64,000 bases of DNA from Actinomycetota bacterium (GTDB lineage Bacteria; Actinomycetota; UBA4738; HRBIN12). The position numbers were made by a program, and so were the translations under genes. Numbering within the stretch: position 1 is the stretch's first letter; each line of letters opens with the position of its first letter. Location: assembly GCA_040881665.1 (NCBI GenBank), contig JBBECT010000004.1:117782-181781 (forward strand). Reading direction: 5' to 3'. A model generated the notes under the pieces. The model had not been told where the DNA came from. It did not search any database and saw only the letters and a program-made list of their open reading frames with translations. Of this stretch, positions 56,367 through 64,000 are shown one piece after another.

Positions 56367-58873
56367 GCGATCGAGATCGTCTCGCCCGGCGCCGCGCCGT
56401 CGACGACCAGTTCCCCAGCCCGGATCTTCTCGGTGAGTTCGTCCGCGGGGATCGGACGCGAGAAGTAGTAACCCTGGCCGAGCTGGCAGCCCTGCCCCGC
56501 GAGGTACTGCCACTCATTCTCGGTCTCGATGCCTTCGGCGAGGGTTTTCATCCCCAGGCCCCGGCCGAGCTCGATCACGGCGGTCACGATGCTCGCCGCC
56601 TCTTGATCGCGGTGCACCGCGCTGACGAACGCGCGGTCGATCTTCAGCACGTCGATCGGCAGGAACCGGAGCCGCGACAACGAGGAGTATCCGGTTCCGA
56701 AGTCGTCCAGTGCCAGCGTGAGTCCGCGTGAATGCAACTCGCTGAGCACATAGAGCCAGCGGTCGAAGTCCTTGACCGCCGAGGACTCCGTGATCTCCAC
56801 GACGATCCGGCTCGGGTCCACCCCGCCCGCGTCGAGGCGGTCGAGGATGCGCGAGGAGATGTCGGGCTGCCACAACTGCCGAGGCGAGAGATTGAAGCCG
56901 ATCTCGAGCGGGATCTCAGCCTGCCGCCACACCGCGTCCTGCCGGGCGATCTCCTCGACGACCCAATCGCCGATCGTCTCGATCAGGCCGAGCTCTTCGG
57001 ACAGCGTGATGAAGTCGTTGGGGGGAACGAGGTTCCCGTCAGGCTCGCGCCAGCGCAGCAGCGCTTCGACCCCGATCATGCCGCCGCTGCCCAAGTCGAC
57101 CACCGGCTGGTAATGCAGTTCCCACTGCTCGTGCTCGACGGCCTTGCGCAGCCGCGTGACGAAGGAGAGCTTCGCGATCGAGTCGACACCCACGGACGAG
57201 GCGAGCACGTAGCCTCCGACGCCGCCCTTCTTCGCCTCGGCCATGGCCGCCTCCGCCCCGAGGAGGAGGTCCTTGCGCGTCGCCGCGTGCTGGGGGAACA
57301 AAGAGATCCCGAGGCTCGCCGAGAGGTAGAGCTCGGTGCCGGCGACGGTGAACGGCTCCCGGAGGGAGTCGTGGATCCGTCCCGCCACACCCTCGGCGGT
57401 GACGATGGCCGCATCGAGCTCGCCCATCTCCTCGGTCTCGAGGTCGGCGAGCAGCAGGAGGAACTGGTCCCCACTCATGCGTGCGACGAGATCGGTCTCC
57501 CGGGTCGCCTCCCGCAGACGTTCCGCCAGCTGCCCCAACACCTCGTCCCCCGCCTCGTGGCCGAGGGAATCGTTCACGAGCTTGAAGTCGTCGATGTCGA
57601 GGACGAGCACCGCGACCGAACCGTCGTGGCGCCCCGCCCGCGCCATCGCCAGATCGAGGAACTCGTCGAACATCGCACGGTTCGGCAGGCCGGTTCGCTC
57701 GTCGTGGTAGGCGAGGAAGGCCGCCTCCTCCTCCGCGTGCTTCTGTGCGGTGATGTCCTGCATGAAGCCCTGGGAGATCACCGGCGTGCCCCACTCGTCA
57801 TGGACGATCTTCGCGACGTCGCGAACCCAGACGACGCTGCCGTCCTTGTGGATCATCCGGTACTCGACGTCGAACACCTCACCCGTCGTGTTGTGACGGC
57901 TGTTCTCCGCGACGGCGCGATCGCGGTCGTCCGGGTGCAACACCTCGATCCACACGTCGTCGCTCGCGGTGAACTCTTCGACGGTGTAGCCGAGGAGCTC
58001 TTCGATCTGCGGGCTGATGTAGGCGGTCGTTGCCTCATCGTTGAGCTCGTCGGCGTAGGTGACCGCGGGGATGTTCTCCACGAGCGCCCGGTAGCGCGCC
58101 TCGGCGCTGCGCCGAGCGTCGTCGGCGACCTGGCGGCCGATCGCGGTGCCGAGGTGGGACGCCATCACGCGGAGCATGTCGAGTTCGACCTCGTCCCAGA
58201 CGCGTTCCCGGACGCAGTCGTCGAATCCCATGAAACCCCACCAGCGCTCGCCGGCGAAGATCGGAACGAAGCAGTAGGAGTGGATCCCCTCGCTGACCAT
58301 GTCCTCGCGCTCGTTGCCCGACACGCTCGACCGCCCTCGTTGGATGATCTCGCCGGCAGGCATCCGCTCGAGCCAGTCCGCGTAGCCGTCCTCGTAGGGC
58401 CAGTCGTGGTTGTCGGGGAGCGGCAGCGTGGCCGGGACCTGGTCCGCGCACCACTCGAAGCGCTGATCCATCAGGACGCGACCGTCGCCGTCGGTCCCGT
58501 TCTCGAACACGTAGGCGCGGCTGGCCTCCGCCGCGGTCCCGAGCTCGGCGAGCACGACTTCGATCGACCGCTCCCACGAGCCGCTGCGCAGGAAATGCTC
58601 CGTCGCGAACGAGACCGATTGCAGGATCGTCTCGCGGCGCTGCAGGACGCGCTGCTGCTCTCCGACGCGCCGTGCCATCACCAAGAGGTAGCCGAGGAAC
58701 AGCCCGGCCATCCCGAGCAGGGACGCCCGCAGGATCAGGGCCGCTGTGCTCGCCGCGGGCACGACGAGGAAGGCCGCCGCGACCGCGGCAGCGAACAGCG
58801 CGATGGCGACGGCCTCGGTCAAGCGCCGTGCGCCCGCGCGGGAACCCGCAGGATCTCGTTGTGCTCTCCCCAT
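56363..58873 (-). CDS. membrane-anchored GAF-PAS-GGDEF(degenerate)-EAL signalling protein, about 836 aa
   Basis: Two N-terminal transmembrane helices, then a GAF-like region, a PAS domain, a degenerate GGDEF-family domain (RMSGDQFLLL) and an intact EAL (EALLRWR). ATG at 58871-58873; the track ORF 5' extension to 59752 overlaps a + strand gene and is Arg/Gly-rich. Confidence 0.75.
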   Translation of the reverse strand: MGRAQRDPAGSRAGARRLTEAVAIALFAAAVAAAFLVVPAASTAALILRASLLGMAGLFLGYLLVMARRVGEQQRVLQRRETILQSVSFATEHFLRSGSWERSIEVVLAELGTAAEASRAYVFENGTDGDGRVLMDQRFEWCADQVPATLPLPDNHDWPYEDGYADWLERMPAGEIIQRGRSSVSGNEREDMVSEGIHSYCFVPIFAGERWWGFMGFDDCVRERVWDEVELDMLRVMASHLGTAIGRQVADDARRSAEARYRALVENIPAVTYADELNDEATTAYISPQIEELLGYTVEEFTASDDVWIEVLHPDDRDRAVAENSRHNTTGEVFDVEYRMIHKDGSVVWVRDVAKIVHDEWGTPVISQGFMQDITAQKHAEEEAAFLAYHDERTGLPNRAMFDEFLDLAMARAGRHDGSVAVLVLDIDDFKLVNDSLGHEAGDEVLGQLAERLREATRETDLVARMSGDQFLLLLADLETEEMGELDAAIVTAEGVAGRIHDSLREPFTVAGTELYLSASLGISLFPQHAATRKDLLLGAEAAMAEAKKGGVGGYVLASSVGVDSIAKLSFVTRLRKAVEHEQWELHYQPVVDLGSGGMIGVEALLRWREPDGNLVPPNDFITLSEELGLIETIGDWVVEEIARQDAVWRQAEIPLEIGFNLSPRQLWQPDISSRILDRLDAGGVDPSRIVVEITESSAVKDFDRWLYVLSELHSRGLTLALDDFGTGYSSLSRLRFLPIDVLKIDRAFVSAVHRDQEAASIVTAVIELGRGLGMKTLAEGIETENEWQYLAGQGCQLGQGYYFSRPIPADELTEKIRAGELVVDGAAPGETISIA

Positions 58874-58955
58874 ACCCTGGAGGGGGTATCGGGTGGTCGC
58901 GAGACCGACTGTAGGGGAGCGGCCGTGCCCACGTGGGTGGCGGATCGGCCGCTGG

Positions 58956-58961
58956 TAGGCT
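58956..58961 (+). promoter_or_regulatory. candidate -10 element TAGGCT (CTGGTAGGCTGAGG) 8 nt upstream of the ATG of the RGG-tail hypothetical gene, implying a leaderless transcript
   Basis: Recurring motif. Confidence 0.3.
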
Positions 58962-58969
58962 GAGGCGCC

Positions 58970-59428
58970 ATGGCCGACTATCGCCAAGTGATCCACGAGC
59001 GTCTGTACGTCAGGACACCGGGATCCGACAAGCTCCGCAAGACTGCCGAGGGGCGCCTCAAGCGCCTGGCCACCGACGGCTGGCGCGAGCTCGAGCGCTG
59101 GCAACGAGCCGACCACATCGAGGTCAAGCTCGAGCGGACCGGCGTGGTGCCGATGACGGCCCGACGGCCCCGCCCTGCCCCGGAGCAGAAGTTCGAGCGC
59201 AGGCGGGGTGGATTCGGTCGTGGCGGGTTCGGCGGCGGCGGTCGTGGCGGTGGAGGCGGTCGTGGCGGCGGGAACCGCGGGGGCGGACGAGGCGCCCCGC
59301 GCCAGACCGCACCTTCCCAGCAGGCGGCGCAGGCACCCGCGGCCACGCCCGAGACTCCGGCTCCCGCGGCCCCTGCTCCCGCTTCTCCCGCCGCGCCGGC
59401 TCCCGCGCCGGAACAGACCCCTTCCTGA
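58970..59428 (+). CDS. hypothetical protein with an Arg/Gly-rich (RGG-like) and Ala/Pro-rich disordered C-terminus, 152 aa
   Basis: ATG at 58970 lies 8 nt after a TAGGCT hexamer. The N-terminal 80 aa are globular-looking and the C-terminal GRGG repeats are low complexity. Confidence 0.5.
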   Translation: MADYRQVIHERLYVRTPGSDKLRKTAEGRLKRLATDGWRELERWQRADHIEVKLERTGVVPMTARRPRPAPEQKFERRRGGFGRGGFGGGGRGGGGGRGGGNRGGGRGAPRQTAPSQQAAQAPAATPETPAPAAPAPASPAAPAPAPEQTPS

Positions 59429-59654
59429 CCCGCGGCCACGACGGCCGCTCGATCCAGTCTCTTTAGCTCTCGTCGACCCGTTGACCCGGGGTTCGAGGAG
59501 CCGAACATCCTTCGGTCTGACGGGTTTCCGCACCAGATTCTTCCGGGTATCATGGGCTTTCCCGAACGTATCGACGATGTGCGGCCTGAACGACGAGTGA
59601 ACGCGGGGACCCAGCCGACCGAACGGCGATCGAGACCGGCGAGGAGGTCGAGTG

Positions 59655-61070
59655 ATGACCGAGCAGAGCCAGCACGACGCGACGACGGCGCGCCCCGGCC
59701 ATCGTGAGGCACGCGCCCATGCCGCGGAGCAACCCTTCGAGTACCCGCTCAAGCGTGCATACGTGGAGCCGGACTGGACCCGTCTCCCGGGCTACGCGGG
59801 CGTCACGAAGCAGCAATGGGAGGACGCCCAGTGGCAGCGCGCCCACACCGTGAAGAACCTCAAGCAGTTCAAGGACGCGCTCGGTGATCTGATCTCCGAC
59901 GACCTCATGGCCGATATCGAGCGTGACCAGGCCGAGCGCGCGACGATGTCGATGCTGATCCCGCCTCAGATGCTGAACACGATGGACACCGAGGACCTCT
60001 GGCGCGACCCGATCCGCCTGTACATGGCTCCGGCGCTCTCCGACCGCGACCAGGAATGGCCGAGCCACCCGATGTCCTCACGCGACTCGCTCCACGAAGC
60101 CGAGATGTGGGCGGTCGAGGGGCTCACGCACCGCTACCCCACGAAGGTGCTCGCGGAGCTGATCCCCACCTGTCCGCAGTACTGCGGACACTGCACCCGG
60201 ATGGATCTGGTCGGCAACGACACCCTCCAGGTGCTCAAGTACAAGTTCGAGATCAAGCAGAACGACCGTTGGGAGATGATGCTCGACTACCTGCGTAAGA
60301 CTCCCGTGGTCCGCGACGTCGTGGTGTCCGGCGGCGACATGGCGAACGTCCCGATCAAGCGGCTCGAGGATTTCGTGATGCAGCTGCTCGAGATCGAGAA
60401 CATCCGGGACATCCGCCTGGCCACGAAGGGCCTGATGGGGATCCCGCAGCACTTCCTCCAGGACGACGTGAAGGCGTCGGCCGAGCGGATGGCGACGCGG
60501 GCACGTGAGCGGGGCGTCGACATCGCCGTGCACACGCACGTGAACAATGCCCAGCAGGTGACACCGCTCGTCGGCGACGCGGCGAAGGTGTTCCTCAACG
60601 CCGGGTTCCGCGACGTGCGGAACCAGGGTGTGCTGCTCCGCGGTGTGAACACGACTCCCCAGCAGCTGCTCGAGCTGTGCTTCATGCTGCTGGATCACGC
60701 GAAGATCATGCCCTACTACTTCTACACCTGCGACATGATCCCCAACTCCGAGCACTGGCGAACCGCCGTCTGGGAGACGCAGGAGCTGCAGTTCGCGTTG
60801 CTCGGCTACCTGCCCGGGTTCGCGACGCCGCGCATGATCGTCGACGTCCCGTTCGTCGGGAAGCGCTGGACGCACATGCTCACCAACTACGACCGGACGA
60901 AGGGCATCTCGTACTGGAAGAAGAACTACCGCACGGGGATCGAGTACGACGACCCCGAGGCGCTCGAGCGCGAGTACCCCTACTACGACCCGGTCAACAC
61001 GCTGCCCGAGGAGGGAAAGCGATGGTGGCGTGAGCAGTCCGCGAGCGCTACCGAGCTGCAGCCCGTCTGA
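59655..61070 (+). CDS. lysine 2,3-aminomutase (KamA-family radical SAM enzyme)
   Basis: Radical SAM CxxxCxxC present as CPQYCGHCTR. Full KamA length (471 aa) rather than the shorter EpmB. GAGGAGG ribosome-binding site 7 nt upstream of ATG 59655. Confidence 0.85.
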   Translation: MTEQSQHDATTARPGHREARAHAAEQPFEYPLKRAYVEPDWTRLPGYAGVTKQQWEDAQWQRAHTVKNLKQFKDALGDLISDDLMADIERDQAERATMSMLIPPQMLNTMDTEDLWRDPIRLYMAPALSDRDQEWPSHPMSSRDSLHEAEMWAVEGLTHRYPTKVLAELIPTCPQYCGHCTRMDLVGNDTLQVLKYKFEIKQNDRWEMMLDYLRKTPVVRDVVVSGGDMANVPIKRLEDFVMQLLEIENIRDIRLATKGLMGIPQHFLQDDVKASAERMATRARERGVDIAVHTHVNNAQQVTPLVGDAAKVFLNAGFRDVRNQGVLLRGVNTTPQQLLELCFMLLDHAKIMPYYFYTCDMIPNSEHWRTAVWETQELQFALLGYLPGFATPRMIVDVPFVGKRWTHMLTNYDRTKGISYWKKNYRTGIEYDDPEALEREYPYYDPVNTLPEEGKRWWREQSASATELQPV

Positions 61071-61082
61071 GATCGAGCCGCG

Positions 61083-62315
61083 TCAGGACTGCACCACGTC
61101 CAAGAACAGCTCGTTGTAGGCGTCGAATTCGTCACCCTCCAAAGCCTTGTAGGTGTGGAGGTTCGCCGAGGCCAGGTCGGCCGGAGGGAACAGCAGCGGG
61201 CTGTCCGCGAGCGTTTCGTAGTACCGGCGATCGGCGCCGGACGCGTCCTTCGCCTTCTCGCGCATCAGGGCTTGCACCCCATCGACCGGCGTCATGTACA
61301 GGACCCAGTCCGTGACCATCGCGGCGATCTCCGGGCGGTAGTAGAAGTCCATGAACGCGTGCGCGTCTGCCGGGTGTTCCGCGAGCGCGGGGATCTCCAG
61401 CGGGGTCGTCCACAACAGGCCGCCTTCGTCGGGGACGATGAACTCGAGCCCGTCGGCGCCGCCCAGGTACTTGTAGTAGAAGATGTCGCCGGACCAGGCC
61501 ATCGAGGCCCACGTGTTCTGGTTCACGAGGTCGTCGATATAGCCCTGTCCGACGTACTGACGGACGATGCCGGCGTCGCGCTGTTCCTGGAGACGCTCCG
61601 CCGCGCGAGCCGCGTCGTCCAGCGTCGCCCGTTGCGGATCGACACCGAGCGAGAGCAGGGTAAGGCTCATCGTGTCGACCATCTCGGTCATCATCCCGAC
61701 GTGCCCGGCGAGCCGCTCGTCCCAGAGATCGGAGAACGCGGCGATCTGACCCCCGGGCACGAGCTCGGGCCAGTACGCGATCCCCGTCACGCCCCCCTGC
61801 CAGGGAACGCTGTGCGCGTTCTGGGGGTCGTAGGCGGGATCGCGGAAGGCCGGCAACATGTTGGCCTCGACGGTCGGAAGCGCCGTCCAGTCCAACTGCT
61901 CGATCCACCCCTGGCCGCGCATCAGGTTGACGACCCAGTCCGAGAGTGCGATCAGGTCGTATCCCGTAGCTTGTCCGCTCTCGAACATCGGTGTGAGCTT
62001 CGCGAAGAACGCCTGATTGTCGGTGATCGCTTCGTCGTAGGTGACATCGATGCCCGTTTCGGCCATGAACGCCTCCAGGGACGGACGCTCGCCTTTCGCT
62101 CGATCGATGTAGAGAGGCCACTGGGCGACCGAGAGCTCACCGGCCGGTGCTGGAAGCCCTCCGGGTGTCGAAGTCGCACGGGGGGCGGCATCGTCGCCCC
62201 CGCACGCGGCCAGGAACGCGAGGGCCGTCGCGCCGACACCCGCCGCGCCCGCGCTGCGCAGGAACTCCCTCCGGGACCATTCCCGCCGCCGTTCGTCGCC
62301 CCCCGCGTTCCGCAT
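61083..62315 (-). CDS. spermidine/putrescine-type ABC transporter substrate-binding protein (PotD/PotF family), TAT-signal lipoprotein, orphan
   Basis: RREFLRSAGAAGVGATALAFLAAC TAT-lipobox. ATG verified at 62313-62315 with an AAGGAGAG ribosome-binding site. Confidence 0.8.
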   Translation of the reverse strand: MRNAGGDERRREWSRREFLRSAGAAGVGATALAFLAACGGDDAAPRATSTPGGLPAPAGELSVAQWPLYIDRAKGERPSLEAFMAETGIDVTYDEAITDNQAFFAKLTPMFESGQATGYDLIALSDWVVNLMRGQGWIEQLDWTALPTVEANMLPAFRDPAYDPQNAHSVPWQGGVTGIAYWPELVPGGQIAAFSDLWDERLAGHVGMMTEMVDTMSLTLLSLGVDPQRATLDDAARAAERLQEQRDAGIVRQYVGQGYIDDLVNQNTWASMAWSGDIFYYKYLGGADGLEFIVPDEGGLLWTTPLEIPALAEHPADAHAFMDFYYRPEIAAMVTDWVLYMTPVDGVQALMREKAKDASGADRRYYETLADSPLLFPPADLASANLHTYKALEGDEFDAYNELFLDVVQS

Positions 62316-62439
62316 CGGTCTCTCCTTCGGTCGCCCGCCGACGGCCCGGCTCCTCACGACCGCCGACCCTCGATCGGCAGGATGATGTCACTGACCGAGC
62401 GCTTGGTCAACATCCGGGCCGCGTGCTAGCGTCGCCCGC

Positions 62440-63303
62440 GTGAGCCGCCCGGTAACCTTCGCGAGCCTCCAGCTCCGACCCATACCGTTCGACGTCGAAG
62501 CGACCGTCGACAAGCTGGAGCGCGAGGCGCGGCGGCTCGTGGCCTCGTTCCCCCAGATCGATCTGCTGCTGTTCCCGGAGCTGTACCCGACAGGGGAGGA
62601 CCCGTTCGGCCCGGGGGAACCTCCGGGGTTCACCGAGCGGGTCGCCGAGCCGGTTCCGGGGCCCCTGAGCGAGCGTCTGGGCCGGCTTGCCGCCGGCATC
62701 GGCCGCTATCTGGTCCCCGGGTCGGTCCTCGAGCGGGGAACGAGCGGAGCGATCCACAACACCGCGATCGTCCTGGGACCCGACGGCCGGCTCCTGACCT
62801 CGTACCGGAAGCTGTTCCCGTGGCGCCCCCACGAACGAACGGTACCCGGCGACGGAACCGGGCGCGTGATCGACCTTCCCGGGCTCGGCCGTGTCGGCCT
62901 GCTGATCTGCTACGACGGGTGGTTCCCGGAGGTCGCGCGCGGACTCGCGCTCGACGGAGCGGAGGTGCTCCTGCAGCCCACGCTCACGACGACGGCAGAT
63001 CGTGAGGAGGAGATCGTGCTCGCGCGGGCGAACGCGATCGTGAACCAGTGCTACGTGGTGAACGTCAACGCCCTGGGCTCGCGCGGAGGGGGGCGCAGCG
63101 TCACCGTCGATCCGGACGGGCACGTGCTGACCGAGCTCGGCACGCAGGAGACGTTCTCGATCGACGTCGTGGACCTCGATCGGGTCGCGCAGGTACGGGA
63201 ACGCGGACTCCGCGGGGTCTCGCGACCCTGGCGACAGCTGCTGGACGAAGCTCCGGCGGCCGCCTTCGAGCCCTATCGCCGGTTCCTGTCCTCCGCGCCC
63301 TGA
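62440..63303 (+). CDS. carbon-nitrogen hydrolase (nitrilase/amidase superfamily)
   Basis: E-K-C triad context with catalytic Cys in LLICYDGWFPE. Start codon at the track start, possibly GTG one base off. Confidence 0.8.
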   Translation: MSRPVTFASLQLRPIPFDVEATVDKLEREARRLVASFPQIDLLLFPELYPTGEDPFGPGEPPGFTERVAEPVPGPLSERLGRLAAGIGRYLVPGSVLERGTSGAIHNTAIVLGPDGRLLTSYRKLFPWRPHERTVPGDGTGRVIDLPGLGRVGLLICYDGWFPEVARGLALDGAEVLLQPTLTTTADREEEIVLARANAIVNQCYVVNVNALGSRGGGRSVTVDPDGHVLTELGTQETFSIDVVDLDRVAQVRERGLRGVSRPWRQLLDEAPAAAFEPYRRFLSSAP

Positions 63304-63935
63304 CCTCCCTCGCCCGGGACGAGCCGATCGTAGAGCGCGGTGAGGATCCTGTCGGTGGGGAGCTCGGGATCGAACACCTGCTGCTGCACGAGCCCGTCGG
63401 CGGCGGTCGCGAACGCGTCCCCGAGCGCGTGGGCGTCGAACGTCTGCGCTCGCTCGTCGCCGAGCTGACGGAACAGGACCGTGAACGGGGCGCGCCACCG
63501 CGCGTACTCGGCGGCGACCCGCTCGCGGATCCGGTCGTCGTCCAGCGCAGAGACGTAGAGGCCCAGGTGCACCCGCAGGGTGTCCCGGGTCGCGGGCTGG
63601 GCGATCCAATCGATCACCGCACGCATCCGCTCGTCGGCGGTTCCCGGACCGTCGACGAGCTCCTCCAGTGGCTCGACCCAGTCGCGCCGCGCGTGGACGA
63701 CGAGGGCGAGGATCAGGTCGCGTTTGTCGTGGAAGTGGTAGTGCACCATCCCGTGGGAGACCTCGGCGATCCCGGCGACCCGTCGTGTCGTGAACCCGGC
63801 GATGCCCTGCTCCGCGAGCACTCGGCGCGCGGCGTCGAGGATCCGCCCGCGGGTTCGCGACGCGCGAGCGGCACGTGCCGTGGTCGTCTCCGATCCGGGG
63901 TCGGGAGCGGGTCGTTCCGTTCGTTCACGCGCCAT
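63273..63935 (-). CDS. TetR-family transcriptional regulator
   Basis: HTH region RGRILDAARRVLAEQGIAGFTTRRVAGIAEVSHGMVHYHF. Its stop region overlaps the convergent hydrolase 3' end by about 30 nt. Confidence 0.75.
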   Translation of the reverse strand: MARERTERPAPDPGSETTTARAARASRTRGRILDAARRVLAEQGIAGFTTRRVAGIAEVSHGMVHYHFHDKRDLILALVVHARRDWVEPLEELVDGPGTADERMRAVIDWIAQPATRDTLRVHLGLYVSALDDDRIRERVAAEYARWRAPFTVLFRQLGDERAQTFDAHALGDAFATAADGLVQQQVFDPELPTDRILTALYDRLVPGEGGQGAEDRNRR

Positions 63936-64000
63936 GTGGAGACATCATGCCGGAAACGACGAGCGGACCGCCGGAATGGACCGCCCCGCTACACTTCCTC

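Noticed and set aside
62440-62442. Exact start codon positions for several genes (e.g. 5843/5844, 62439/62440, 41548)
   Set aside because: My manual base counting disagreed by 1 nt with the ORF track in a few places, most likely transcription error on my side. Track coordinates were kept.

Overview
This is a 64 kb, roughly 70% GC, gene-dense actinobacterial-type window; the F420-type LLM oxidoreductase, the MMPL transporter and the many TetR regulators fit that assignment. No rRNA, tRNA, CRISPR array or transposase is visible. Long Arg/Pro/Gly-rich ORFs antisense to real genes are high-GC frame artefacts and were not called.

The dominant feature is a co-directional, tightly packed minus-strand gene chain of about 16.5 kb (160-16701), in which most starts and stops overlap or touch. 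It encodes what looks like a complete, corrinoid-dependent and O2-independent route for quaternary amine (most plausibly choline/glycine betaine) catabolism. In transcription order it reads:
- choline dehydrogenase BetA;
- an OpuA/ProVWX-type betaine ABC importer with a fused double permease;
- an aldehyde dehydrogenase;
- an 820 aa dimethylglycine oxidase/dehydrogenase;
- a B12-binding corrinoid protein;
- an unknown 103 aa protein;
- a pterin-binding methylcorrinoid:THF methyltransferase;
- a RACE/RamA-type ATP-dependent reductive activase with a plant-type 2Fe-2S domain;
- a non-pyrrolysine MttB-superfamily methyltransferase;
- MetF.
This is the most likely undescribed system in the window.

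The rest of the window contains:
- an acetate-CoA ligase (ADP-forming) plus enoyl-CoA hydratase operon;
- a polyamine-type island with three PotD/F-like TAT-lipoprotein binding proteins, one PotBC/PotA set, a flavin amine oxidase and an MFS transporter;
- a Rieske oxygenase (GbcA/Stc2/CntA-like) preceded by an AT-rich palindrome and a 3 x 12-nt tandem repeat;
- an SDR-ALDH-TetR operon;
- an MMPL transporter with a divergent TetR;
- two paralogous PAS-GGDEF-EAL proteins, one with a degenerate GGDEF motif;
- a GAF histidine kinase with a NarL-type regulator;
- a DEAD-box helicase and an adenine deaminase;
- two tandem AlaDH/PNT-family paralogs next to a PRK-like kinase and a transketolase;
- a lysine 2,3-aminomutase behind a low-GC leader;
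- a carbon-nitrogen hydrolase;
- a recurring TAGGCT motif that looks like a -10 promoter element.

All functional calls rest on reading the translated ORFs for motifs and family resemblance. No database search was possible.
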